From Curvularia clavata (lineage: Eukaryota), in the NCBI GenBank assembly GCA_023920165.1, contig CP089279.1, forward strand, positions 248,001-312,000: a DNA stretch of 64,000 nucleotides, written 5' to 3'. The notes beneath the pieces are model-generated. The model saw nothing but the letters and a program-made list of their open reading frames with translations. It did not search any database and was not told where the DNA came from. Every line of letters begins with the position of its first letter. Within the stretch, counting starts at the first letter, position 1. This document shows positions 1-12,509 of the stretch, in pieces. The position numbers and the translations under genes are program-made.

Positions 1-1
1 C

Positions 2-241
2 ACAAGACCACAGCCGCTAGAGCTGGAGAAACACCACACACCAGCCGGATTGGAATCCCCTCTCGCATATGGATCGGCCGACCCTAATCGCAGCCAGGCT
101 TACGCATCATTCACGCCCAAATCCGCGCCTTTGCCATCTTCGACTGAATCCAGGGACAGGGATGTCCGCATGGAAGGAGTCGAAGAGACCCAGGCACGAA
201 CTACGACACCTCACTCGTTCAAAGACACAGTTGGCATATAA
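2..241 (+). CDS. 3' end of an upstream gene (hypothetical protein, truncated by the window edge)
   Basis: The frame is open from base 2 to TAA at 239-241 (...ETQARTTTPHSFKDTVGI*) and is followed by AT-richer 3'UTR-like sequence. No family recognised. Confidence 0.55.
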   Translation, partial: TRPQPLELEKHHTPAGLESPLAYGSADPNRSQAYASFTPKSAPLPSSTESRDRDVRMEGVEETQARTTTPHSFKDTVGI

Positions 242-3200
242 CAGCGTTTCCTTCGTCACAAAAGCAACACACGGCGGTAATCTTGTTTTGAAAGCGTTCC
301 GTCTACGACTTTAGTTATGCACTCACGATGATCTTTACGAGCATGCTATCATAGAAGTATGCTCTGCCAGTTTCGCGCACGCATCGTTCATCCTGCTCAT
401 ACTGTTATTTTTGCTTTGGGGTTGTTTGTTACCCAAGCACACCATCATTATCTTCTCCTTCAGGCTCATTTCCTTGTCAAGACCTGTTAGTTCATTTCTC
501 GCTTGACTGCATGTTGACACTCTACGAAGGTTAGGATATGACATGGCACCTTTACTTAATGTCTTACAGTTGCCGTCTTAACGAGTCAAGAGTTTTGTAT
601 CTTTCCTTCTTTCGGCATTGGAACGCTCTCCCCGGCCGGTTTCTTTATCGCGACGTGTACGATAGATGGTTTCTCAATCAGTTTTGCATCACGGCCTTTG
701 TATCCAAAAAGAAAAACATCTACGAGCAATAGCATCAATCTTAAACCCGACCGTGGCCAATCAGCATGCAATTCTTCCGTCATTTGGACAGAACAGGTCT
801 TGTACCACGTAGTACTACGCTTCTATACATCGATCTGGGTGTATCCTGTCCATATAAGTGTCATAGATGAGGCTCTCACAACGTAGACTCACTGCAGGCT
901 GACGGAGAAGGTAGCATAAGAAGTGGTTGGGAAGACAACTCGGGCGGGGCATCACGGACGCCCGCGGGCGATACAAGGGACGGGTTTCGTTTCACCAGAA
1001 ATATCCCGCGAACTCTGGTACCACTATCGCCCACTTTTCCATTCGACATGCATGACCAAAAATACAGGAGTTTTTTTTTTATCGCGACTCCGCGCAAGAA
1101 AATTCGGCGAACTGCATCTAAGCGCCCTCTAGAATACAACCCCAACCCGGCAATCAATGACATCTAAGAGTCCCAACCGCGATCAGCCATTTCACTAGAA
1201 AAAGGAGGTGGTTGGGAAGACTGGAACAAAAGGGCAATAGGTATTGGTTGGGCGGCTGGCGAGCGAATGACTAGGTGCAGGTTTATGGCCACAAATTGAG
1301 GCTTGCCGACGACAGCTGCAGCGAAAAGGGAGTGTACATGCCGCCAATGCATGCACGCATCGACCACATCCCAACGCCGAAAACCAAAACAGACGCTTGT
1401 TGTCCAACCAACTTAGCCTGTACAAAATGATTACAGTTGAAACCTGCGGATCCGGCCCATTGCCATTATCGTGGGAGTAAATCGTCCTCGCAAACGCTAC
1501 CTCCCTGGCACGATGATAGAACACGGCAAACACTTGCTTATCATGATTCATTTACTTCCTGGGACCCACTGAACCGTTCCTCATCTGGTCTCCAAAAAGT
1601 GAACAGTCCGCCCGGATCGGCAATTGAATGGCCCCAAGTTTAGAAAGAAAAGAAACACCAGTTTGCTAACCAAACAAATGAGGTCTCGGCGCGCAAAAAC
1701 ATGCGTGCGATCGGGCCGTGAGAAACGGCCGGTCGAAATATTAAAAGGAAAACTACTAGTTCGGGCGAAATGAGCGCAAGATTTTTATTTTTTTGTTTCT
1801 TTATTTTTCGAATTTCCTGACGTATACAACGGAGTTTCTGTTAGGCTCAGTCCTAACACACCGGGCTTGCAGAAATCAACAAGAACACTTCATGCTTGCC
1901 CTTCTGAATAGCCCAGTCTTTCTGAAAAGCTAACAATCTTATTTCAATTACGCATGTTGGGTATTCCGTTTCCGCGTCACGACCGGACTTTCATCCAGAA
2001 AACGTAATGGAAGTCCGAGAAAGAGACGCAGAGGGAAGGAGAGCGGAAGATGAATTGACGCGTATGCACGGACCATAGGTTCTTCTCACCCACTCGGGCT
2101 TCCTATATAGGCGGTATTTGCGAGTTGAAAAAGTTACGGTCTGTAAAGGGAATTTATGATACTACTACAGAGTATGTGCCATCCTCAATACTGCATTTGC
2201 AGTAGAAACCGGGCCGCAGCATGCTAGGTCTGTATCGCAATACAGAAACATAGTAAACAGCATCATCACTATAGTATTATGACCCATCTGCCGCCCTCGT
2301 TTCCCGTTGCGGTCGTCGCCGTGCATCTGCCTGTTCGCGTTTTCATCCCGCGCTTACCTACCAATCGCGATGCCAAAGCTCTACACAGCGGGCTGAAACA
2401 AATCTTAACAGGCAGTTATTATGGCCTAGCTTTTCCATCCTTCCGCCTTCTCCCGCCCTTCCTTAGCCCACACACCCCCCTTTCCCTTTCCTTTTCATAC
2501 GCGACGATCATATAAACGCTGCCCGTATGCAGTTTAGTCCACATGTGTATTTAGGCACGACCATCCGACCCGTCTTTTCCTCGCTCCCCGCGCCCAATGC
2601 CAGATGTGCATACTTGGTCGTCACGTCATTATTATTAAAGGCTTTTTTTGTACATATAGCTATAGCCCACATTTCTCAACAGTCAATCCATGTACTTACC
2701 CTTACTTGCCGATGCTGACATGCCCGGCCTTCCGAAACGATAGGTCATGCCACGCGCTTTTTAAATACGGCCGTAGGATCGGACTTACCTCCGGGGCACA
2801 TACGCACGTAACATTTGAGTTTTGGTGCTTTGTGGGTATGTGAGGTGATATGGAGGGTGTGCATGGGTTCCTCGGTTAGACAAAAAAGCTATAGAGTGAC
2901 GTGATAGAGGCGAGTGCATGTTCTTGTCACCTTGGAACAAACATGAGAGAGAGGAAGAGTAGAGTACGGGCATGTAGGTGAGTTGTCTAGCTAGAATGAG
3001 ATTCAGTGCCAGAGAGTCGTGTTGTGTTGTACCTGCATTAGTAGGAGGATGCAAGTGAGATTTTGTGTGCATCGGTACCCATGCAGGAACAGAGAAGTAT
3101 CACTGTGGACGTGCAAGCGAGATGAGCAGTGTTGTAAAATCAGTGTGATCTAGGAGTACCAAAGGGGGTATTCGCCACATTCTAGAAGCATGACAGTGAT

Positions 3201-3923
3201 CATGCGGATAGTGCTATGGACAGGTGTGTATGGAAGAAAAGATATCGAGGGGCAGATTACCCAAATGGCTTTTTGGGGGCTAATTTGGCTGAAAAGAGGA
3301 AAATTTGCGGCGGGGATGAGGGAACGGGTAAAGGGCGTAAAAGGTGTCAATATCAAGTGTATTATATGCTATGCACGGGATAATGTGGATGTGATAGTCC
3401 GCTAAAGCGAGGACCTGATTATACAAGATTAGGCTTAGATTAAAAAATTCCATGTATGAAGACTCCAGAGAAGTGTAATGCGGTTTTTAATCAGATTTGC
3501 ATTCCATCTCCATGTGGCAGGCTGAGCACGATGGCCTCCCTAAGTGACTTACCATGCTGTACATAAAGAACGTGTCCATGAGATAGATGAAATAATGAAT
3601 TCCTTCGCACATGCATATGAACCTAGCGGGATCCGTTGCACACTTCTCGAATCTAGGAAACTGTAGCCAATGTGCTGCCCGCGGTATATTCGAAAATTGC
3701 ACCTTCGCATGCTTGGGTACCTTGTGGACTCGAGCAAACGCAAAGCAAGAATAATAAGGGTATCGAGTGAGCAGCTTTGAAGCAATCATAATATGAATAG
3801 ACACAAGCAAAACTGTACGTGACTCGATAGCTCAAAATGCATTACCAGTTGAATGGGAAGCCGATCCAATATAGGAAACAACGCCCTGCTTGGACTGAAC
3901 ACAAATCTGGATGAATAGAAAGG

Positions 3924-5965
3924 CTAGCCCATTTTGCTAGACTGGTCTCTGCAGTCGTTGCAAGTCCATATTCGAGATCCCGCAGGAACTATCGGTGACC
4001 GATATCCGGTGTGCTTCTGTACACAAGAAATATGAAAATAGCGCCTTATGCAGTCCTAATGAAACAGACATCAGTCACCGCTACTTTTGCTCTGGGGACT
4101 GAATGACTCACGATATTATTACAAGCAATCATGCCTGATGTGCCAGGGTTTACTGATGCATCTTCACCACAGTAACACTCATCGTATGGTGGATCAACGT
4201 CTTCGCCGTGCTGGACGTTCAGCTCAGCTAGCTGTTGAGAAAGATGGTTGCTTTCCGCGGTGCTCTTCTTTTGAGCATTGACAATCTCAATAGCTTTGGT
4301 ATGTACCTCCCTCGATATCACATCGTCTTCTAACAGCTCGTTGAGCTTCTTTGTGAATTCATTGACGACCTCATCATACCATATGCAGGTTTTGCATTTC
4401 GCAAAGCGGATAATTGCGTCTCCCGCATGGATATCCGCGTGCAGACTTTCCTCATGCATAAAATCGTCAAAAGCTTTCAGAAATTGGCGTGCAGGTCCAG
4501 AGACGCTGAGCTGATCAATTTCAGCATGTTTGCGAGAATACATCCAGCCTTCATTCAACTCGTCGTCGCTTTCACTGATCTCTTCGCCTGGCTGTAGAGG
4601 TCTTTTGCTCAACGACCTGAAGAATGTAATCCCACGGGGTGCTTTCGGTACAACAAAAGTCTTCTTCTGTTTCTCTGGTCTTTCTTGAACAATTTCTGGG
4701 AGTTTCCGTTGTCTCGGTGCGGGGTTTGGGATGAAATCCACCGTTTGTTTTCGTTTTGTATATTTGGGGTGCTTCTCGATCCTGGCGGCACGTTGGTACC
4801 CATCATCACCGTCTAGGAACCTCTGTTTGTCAAAAGGACAATCTGGAGCGACTACGCGTACATCGCGAGGATCTTCGACGCGATCACTTGCTCGTTGATC
4901 TGCCTTAGAATCGGCAACTTCGCTAACAAATCGCCAGTGTGCAACACCATTCTCATCAGTCCCTGCCGGCATCAGTTGATAGGCAAAGTTATCATGCCAG
5001 GCATTCAAGTGCATCTCAAGATCGCTGATCTCCTTCAGTCTCCTGCCCTTGGAACAGTGCAAGCAAACAAGATCTGACCGCTCCAGAGTCTCGTTTCCGT
5101 AGACATAGGTTAGTTTGTAGCGTGGCGTCAGATCACGGGGCGGTGTGGGATACGAGCTCTGTGGCTCTATGGTGCTTTTGAGATTTCGGTTGTGATTTGC
5201 GAGTATCGAGTCCCCTGTTGCAGCACTGTTCCAATACATGCTTATCTCTAGATGAATGCCAAGCGGCTTGCCAGCTGCTTTTAGTGGTAGGGTTATCCTA
5301 TCCTGCGGACACTTAAGGATATTTGGAAAAGAGGTCGATATATATGTAGCTGATTCCGCAGTAAGACCCATATAATTGTACAACTCTTGGGCGTCCGCTT
5401 GACTTGCAAAATTGACGCTCAACATCATTCTGTATGTATCACGGGCGTCGATCTTTCCTGGCTCTGCAGAGATGTCCCTAGGCTTGAGAACGATGGGACT
5501 CATGTCGACTGAGGCTTCCCGGTGGCTCCTGTCTGCGCCTCTCAGGATGGCCTCGCGTGAAAAAGAGCCTGTGGCCGGCATATCAGATGGCGGGATGATG
5601 GAAACCCGTATGGTACTCGACAGCCGCAACAGAACCCGAACCTTATTGGTCGGGTTGTCGCGGTTTGTCTGTGTGGCTGTCCGGCCATTCTCCAAGGTGA
5701 TGGCATGTGCTTTCAGCGTAAAAGAGCCTTTCTGCTTCTCATGGTCCATCATCGTTTCGAGTTGATCGCTAGACGGGGGCTTCCACTGTGAACGAAACTG
5801 AGAATCTGACGTTCTATGCCGGCTTTTAGTGACCCCTTTTAACAGACTTTCATGAGCTTCTAGGATCTGCGTTAGGTTGCGATCCAGAAATATTGGTGCC
5901 CTTTTCTTTGACAGATATTCGTATAGTAGTATATTTCCTGAAAATCTGTCTTGCCTTCCAGGCAT
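3924..5965 (-). CDS. Polycomb Su(z)12-like protein (zinc finger + VEFS-box) with a C-terminal PHD finger
   Basis: Long ORF with a CLHC...H...H zinc finger and a VEFS-box-like segment (FFRSLSKRPLQPGEEISESDDE...FLKAFDDFMHEE). Intron 4056-4111 (GTGAGT...CATTAG) joins MIACNNI to DCIRRYFHISCV...WTCNDCRDQSSKMG*. First ATG at 5965. Confidence 0.8.
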
Positions 5966-6601
5966 GCTCTGCCAGCACACGAGATCAGAGATGATTCGAG
6001 CACAGATCCAATGAAGCCTTGAGAAACTTACATGATGTACACTCGCTCAGTTGCATTCTAAGGCAACTGAGAACTCAAAGCAGAGGCGCGCATTTGGTGA
6101 GTTCAGGCCGATTTGTAGCAACTGCAGAAAGCGTGCTTCGCGTGCAGCCTATATTTGATTGGCGATGGTAGCAGTGCAGATGAAGTGAAAGCAGAAGGGC
6201 GATAGTAAACAGATGCTACAGAAGTGCACTGTATATTTGTTTATTCCGGCCTGAAGCAGACAAAGAAAGTGTCTTTCTGCGGAGTCGGCGTCGGCGTTGG
6301 TCTCAGTTTGTTGTGATCTGAATGAGCACGTGACATGAGCGGGAGCCAACCTATGTTGGGCTAGCGGTCGGGGATGATCTCATGGGTTGCTGTCTTACCT
6401 CCGTAGTCCATATGCATCCCCCGAGTTCACCTTTACACCACGAACCAGCGATCACAACATTTGGGGAAACTGTTTTGAGACACTCCATGCACTCAAAAAG
6501 CTACTTCAGAAGGCTGAGGTGCCTGGTGTAGGCCCAGACCGCAACTGATCCACAATCTCATCTAGATTCTTTGAGGTTACTCGAGCCTGATTCTGTACGA
6601 C

Positions 6602-8921
6602 ATGACTGTGACACTAAAGCGGAAACGAGTTCCCATCTCTTACAAGGAACCGAGTAGCGACGATGGCCTTTCCGAGAGTTTCAGCGACGAACACACCGCT
6701 CAAAAGCGATCCGTTCCCTCTCGCCGATCAACTCGTCGGACGCAACCAATCGATCGAGTCTCTAGCGAAAACAAGCATGCCTCACCAGAGCCTGTTTCAG
6801 TACAGCGACAGCGATCCTCTCGAAATATAGGAAGGCGGGGAAAGCGAGCCATTTCGTATAAAGATATTAGCTCAGATGAAGATGACGAAGGTGCCGATGC
6901 GGACTTTGAGTTGGAACCAGAGCAAATAATAGCGGTACGGACAAGGACACGACCGAGCGTACCATCGTCTTCTGAGTCGCAAACAAAGCGAGGAAAGAAA
7001 GACAAGAACCGTCGGCGTAAAGCTGTTCTAGGTGCACCGCTGGCGCCGAACAAACAAGCACAGGTTGAGCGACATGAGATAGGCATTCCTACAGATGGAT
7101 ACGTACCCGTAAGTTTGTGCTTGCTGCTTCAAGACCAGCTGCAGGACACTCTGGTCATGTTGAGGGTTCACATCATGCTAACACGCTACTGTTCAGGCAT
7201 GGACTTCCCTACCATACCACGTACTCCTCCAAATCTTCGTCTACGCATCACATCCACTCCATGATGAGAACATGAAACCTACTTCTGCAATAACATGGCT
7301 TGTAAAAATGGCAAGAATGTGCTCCGCATTTGCGAAACCAGCTTTGACCGCGCTTTATCGCAATCCACCTATATTTGCCACTCGACAGACGCGAAAGGAT
7401 CTTGTCCGCCACCTCATCGCGCCTCCACCCGGAGCATACGATGACTACCGCGTCATGGTAAAGAGATTAGAGCTGGATGCTACACAGATGACTGCCCTTA
7501 CTGATGCCAACAATAGCGTGGCAGATCTCGCGGCTCTTATCCAATCACTGACAACGTTACGTGAGATTGACATTTTCGACCCTATGGATAGACCTCCCTT
7601 TCGAGAACGGCTCCGGCGAATCCGTCGGTGGGTATACCCAAACGAGCTTTTTGACGCTCTGCACCAAACCAATCTGCATTTGAGAAGTTGGCGATGGAAC
7701 AGAACTTTCTGCAACCAAGGCCCTCAATGGATGAGAAGCATTCACACAAGCAGCGCATTTCAGAGTCTTCGAGACGTGACCTTCACGAAATTTCACCCTG
7801 AAATAAATCAAGTTGACAGCGATGATGTTCCAGCTCAGCCAACGACAGAAGAGTTGTTGGCGTCTGCGCTGGCTGTTCTTCCTCATCTGAGGAGTCTGTC
7901 ATTTGAGACGTGTGGAGTCGTTAGTGGGCGACTCTTGCCTCTGTTGCCGAACAACCTTGTCAGTCTGAACATAACGAACTGTGGCGAGCTACTCTCGGAT
8001 GCGCTTCAAGCGTTTTTGATTACGCATGGCTCACAACTGGAAGAGTTGGTGCTCAATCATAACCAAGCTCTCGACCTTTCTTTCCTGGTCGACCTCAAAC
8101 GCTCATGTCCTAAGCTCGAGGTCTTGAGGATGGATACGACGTATTATAGCTCGCTGGCCATGTCTTCTGACAACGAACCCCTCTATGAAACTCTCCTGGG
8201 TGAGAGTGAGATTCCCACTTGGCCGTGTACGCTACGAACGATAGACCTCCAGTACTTACGAAACTGGAATTCGACGTCGGCTACCAACCTGTTCAATTCG
8301 TTGATTGATTCTGCCGAGGATCTACCCTGGCTTCAAGAAATTACCATCATAGCAATGGTAGATACTGACTGGCGACAGAGGGCAGAGTTCAGGCAGAAGT
8401 GGAGTGCGAAGTTTAAGAAAGTGTTCGCGAAGAAGTGGGAGGCGCCGAGTCCCCATCTTGTCTCCTTGCGGGCATTTAGGGAATGGAAGGCGCAAATTGA
8501 TGACGACGACAAGGTCGATTCTTTCATCGAAGGCGTGGCGGAAAAGCCATCGGGGGAGGTTGATCCTGTCACGATCAACCACGGCAGTGAGAGCGATAGT
8601 GATGCTCCTTTGCTGCGTCGTACGCCAAAGCAAGATGAGCGCTGGGACTCGAAGCGATTGCGGTCTCGCGCAAGAGCAGCAATGAGCTACGATGAGGAGT
8701 CTGGCGATGATTCTGGCTCGGAAGATGGCGCAGCCTCAGCAGAAGACGACAATCTCTTTGTGCAAGGACGGTGCCACACGGTTGTTTTCCGCATCGACAA
8801 CTTCCGCCCACGCGAAGAGATCTTCAATGAGGCCGACTTTCTTGACGCTGAGCCTAGCGACGACGAAGAATGGAACGGAAACGAAGATCAGGATCACGAC
8901 GGTGGCGGATATGCATGGTGA
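6602..8921 (+). CDS. F-box-like / RNI-type leucine-rich repeat protein with a basic-acidic disordered N-terminus
   Basis: Intron 7109-7196 (GTAAGT...GCTAAC...CAG) joins ORFs 6602 and 7272 in frame. It creates an F-box-like motif (WTSLPYHVLLQIFVYA) followed by LRR-like repeats (LRSLSF, LVSLNI, LEELVL, LEVLRM). Confidence 0.8.
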
Positions 8922-9539
8922 TTGGCGGTTTGATATTTTCATAAGCATCTTGGGTCTGGGGCGTAAGGGAAATGGCTGGCAGGTCACTACGGCGTACGAA
9001 AAGGGCTCGCACTGCGAATGAAGACTAGGCAGGCGTTGGATGGGGTGTTTAGTGAGATATCCGTGTATTAGTATTGGGCCTGGGTTGGGCTCGTAGGTTG
9101 GGCAGCGGCTCGGTTGTCGTTGGCGGTGACGACAGGGCGTTGTCTCAGCCACATGTGCATACAAGGCGGCCAGAACAGGCGCTGTTGGAAGAGGCCGTTG
9201 GGCGTAGTTAACTGCATGGGGAATCTGTATGTGTTCAAGTCAGCTGAAAGTCGCCCGCCCGCGCCTGCAAACATGCGTCACTTGTCGAACTGCGCGTAGT
9301 GCACAGCCTCGCAGAGCATCCCAGCATCCTGGCCAATCCCCACTACAACCGCTAACAAGGGCCACTCGCCCATGGCTGTTCGCACGCCTGGCCTGGCATA
9401 TAACCGCTCATCTGCAATGTCTTGACAACCTCTCCTGCCTCTGTCTCCACTCTGATTATTGCCCTTCTCCTTTGCACGCCCTCTTGCGTCTCACCGGTCT
9501 CTCCCCCTCATCCCCGCATACCATCTCCACAGCGGCATC

Positions 9540-11052
9540 ATGGCCGTGCCGACTCCCCCAATCCCGCCAGTCTCGCCAGACTCGGGCCCTACTGATCCTA
9601 CGCTACCCAAGCTCCCTGCCGGATGGACAGCCCAGTGGGATAACACGTACGTCTCTCTTGTACTCGCGCAAAGTGCTGCTGGGGCTGCCCCGCCATGCTT
9701 CACATGCCCCGCGACACAGCTAACAGACGCATAGATCTCGAAAGTACTATTGTACGTCTTCATGATTCATAAGCATTCCATACCCGCGCATATGTTGACT
9801 CGTCACAACAGATGTTCAGATCAGCACCGGCGTCTCGCAATGGGAGCTTCCCACCAGCGAAGCACCCATCGGCGGTAGCTCAAACCACAGCACGCCCGCA
9901 CAGCACACGAACCCATACAGCAGCCCAGAGGGCACTTCAGGCCCAGATGCCGGTAATGGAACAAGAGGCATGGGCGACGGCCCAACAGGAGACAGAGCAG
10001 GTGGACTTGGCGTATGAGATACTGTCGGGCATCACCTAGGCGACGCTGACAAATGGAACAGGGCTTCGCAATGAACGCGCTCATGGGAGGCGGCAAGCAA
10101 AACAATGGTAGTCATGGTAGCGGCGGCGGCGCTGGAAATCTTGTTGGCCAACTTGCCGGTTCCTTGCTCGGAGGCGGAAAACAACATGGAAGCTCTTCTG
10201 GCAGTGGCGGAGGCGGTGCTGGAAACCTCGTTGGCCAGCTCGCCAGTGGCCTGCTAGGTGGTGGAAAGCAACACGGCAACTCATCTGGAGGACAGCATGG
10301 CAACAACTCTGGCCATGGCTCGAGTGGTGGTGGTCTCGCGGGCGGCCTTGGCGGCATGCTCAGCGGCGCATTAGGTGGAGGAGGATCTGTACGTGACTTC
10401 AGTTGAGGTTCAAGTGTCCCATGCTGACAGACTATAGCACAACAAGCCGAACAACGATTACGGCTACAGCAACTCTGGTGCTCCGTCAGGTGGATCGTAC
10501 ACTGGCACTGCACCGCCATCCTCCTACAACCCCGGCGGCCACCACAGCAGCGGTCCTCCAAGTCACTCAAACTACTCACCCGCTCCCGCACAGTCGTACG
10601 GCCAAGGTCAAGGTCAAGGTCAAGGCCAAGGCCAAGGACATGGGGGCTACGGCTCACAACAACACACTCCACAGCCACAGCAGGGGCATGGTTATGGCTC
10701 TCAGGCCGGTTTCGGTGGACAGTCGGGTTATGGTGGGCCAGCTCCTGGCTACGGCCAAGGACCGCCATCTTCAGGCCCTGGGGGTTACGGCCAGCAAGGT
10801 ACGAAACTTCTTTTTCATAAAAAAACACAAGACTAACAACATCTAGCCGGATACGGAGGCCCTGCGTATGGCGGCCCGCCCGGCCCCTACGGCGGCCCAG
10901 GAAACTACGACAACCACCAGCACAACCAGTATGGTGGGGCCCCAACACACCAAAACCAATACGGAGGCCAGCAGTATCCTCCACCTCCGGGTCATGCAGG
11001 CGGCTATGGCGGCTCGCAAGGTCACCACCCACCCCAGCCTGGCTGGCAGTAG
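9540..11052 (+). CDS. WW-domain protein with a Gly/Gln/Tyr/Pro-rich low-complexity tail
   Basis: Six exons (9540-9646, 9735-9751, 9812-10011, 10062-10388, 10438-10798, 10847-11052), all GT-AG and phase-consistent. The spliced WW domain reads LPAGWTAQWDNTSRKYYYVQISTGVSQWELP. Confidence 0.85.
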
Positions 11053-11564
11053 ATGCTGCGTGATGGTCTCGGGTTGAAAATGTAAGAAATAGCTGAACAG
11101 GTTGTGTCACCATGCTTGACCGGAGAACATGAGGTGTCAAAATGAGTTTTAGCGCTGGAGGTTTATTCTTAGATTCTTTCCGATCTGCAAATCCGGGGGA
11201 ATGTGTTGCAGCTTTTACAGAGACATGTGTGCTCTTTGCTCGAAATTGTGTAGGCTTGAATGGCTACTGTCATTTTCCCCTTCCATGTATCCTCTACTTT
11301 TTAGTCTCCCGTTTGCGAGTAATTTCTCGCTTCGTTTCTGATGCGTTTCGTACTGTGCGACGTCTGCCATGGATGCGTCATCCAAGGGTGCAAATCGTAG
11401 CTGTCTCCGACATGCACTCTCTGTGTTCGATGAGATCGAGCGCTTGACACACACCCACACACACACATGCACTTGGCCTGTCCCTCGTCAAGATCAGTCG
11501 CGGTTCCATCACCATCAGACGAAGTATTCCCAGTCCCTACTCCACCCTACCCATCTCTCCTCGC

Positions 11565-12113
11565 TCAACCAAACATATCCCTCCCATCACCACCCCCAAC
11601 CATTCCCAAAACCCCACTCTGCCCTCCGACCCTCCACATGACAGCCACCCTCCCCCGCCCCTCCCCTACATCTTCCCCCTCCACGCTTCCCACCCAACTA
11701 CTCAGCGCCGCCTGCACACCCCTTGCGTCCTGTCGCGGCACCCTGATCCACACGTCACGGCCTGCTGTTTTCAATATGTCGATTGGTATCGCGGCACCCA
11801 TTGTGCCCAAATAGGCGCGCAGCGCAGATGTGAGGAGGGGCGAGATGAGGAGCGGAGAGAGGTCTGGGGCGGAGCGGGGTGTGGTGGAGGCGGAAGCGCT
11901 GGTGAGGGTGAGGTGGAAGTAGGACCAAGGGAGTTTGCGGAAGGTGGATTGGTGGAGGATGTGTGGTTCCTTTTCTTTTGCTTGGGGAGTGGAGTTGGGG
12001 TTGTGCGCGTGAGTGTCGGCGGAGGCATCGGGCATGGAGGTGTCGGTGTTGGCAGAGGTATTTGTGTTTTCTAATGGGGTAGGCGCAGGGTTGGTGGTGA
12101 TCGCTTGGGCCAT
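11565..12113 (-). CDS. POP8: RNase P/MRP protein subunit Pop8
   Basis: The motifs PWSYFHLTL and ALRAYLGTMGAAIPIDILK...VWIRVPRQD...ALSSW match the fungal Pop8 family as I recall it. Single exon. Confidence 0.75.
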   Translation of the reverse strand: MAQAITTNPAPTPLENTNTSANTDTSMPDASADTHAHNPNSTPQAKEKEPHILHQSTFRKLPWSYFHLTLTSASASTTPRSAPDLSPLLISPLLTSALRAYLGTMGAAIPIDILKTAGRDVWIRVPRQDARGVQAALSSWVGSVEGEDVGEGRGRVAVMWRVGGQSGVLGMVGGGDGRDMFG

Positions 12114-12509
12114 AGCGACTGGAGGTTTTGGTTTTATTTGCGCGCTGAACTGACAATGTTGAAATATGGTTGCTATCTACTTTAAAGCTTCTGGAGGTGA
12201 CGCGCGAAACCTTTTGGCGGAGTTAACTAGTGCACCTGGCTTACCTCCGGGAGACCCTTTGTCGATTGTACTGATATATTAGTCGGAATAAAATTGCACC
12301 CACCAACTCCAATGACGCACTTTCTAGCTCTTAGAGACACAGGGCAGATCTGAATAGATAATAAACTGTTGAAATTATATAGCTATCACACCGGGGGTAT
12401 CATGTATCACGAGATTTGAAATCCTGGAGAAAAAAAACCCCTCCTATAAATCGCATAGTAAACTTCAAGATCAGCCGTAGTACGCTGTGAACATATAGTA
12501 TTGTGTGTG

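Noticed and set aside
1960..2000. RNase MRP-like GAAAGUCC...GCGGAAAC motif on the minus strand
   Set aside because: No matching P4 3' strand or other conserved MRP regions were found. The motif is part of a local hairpin.
850..3500. Telomerase RNA as the identity of the structured intergenic region
   Set aside because: No TAACCCTAA-type template for TTAGGG repeats was found on either strand.
10112..11140. 342-aa minus-strand ORF
   Set aside because: It is the antisense shadow of the Gly-rich WW gene and crosses its introns.
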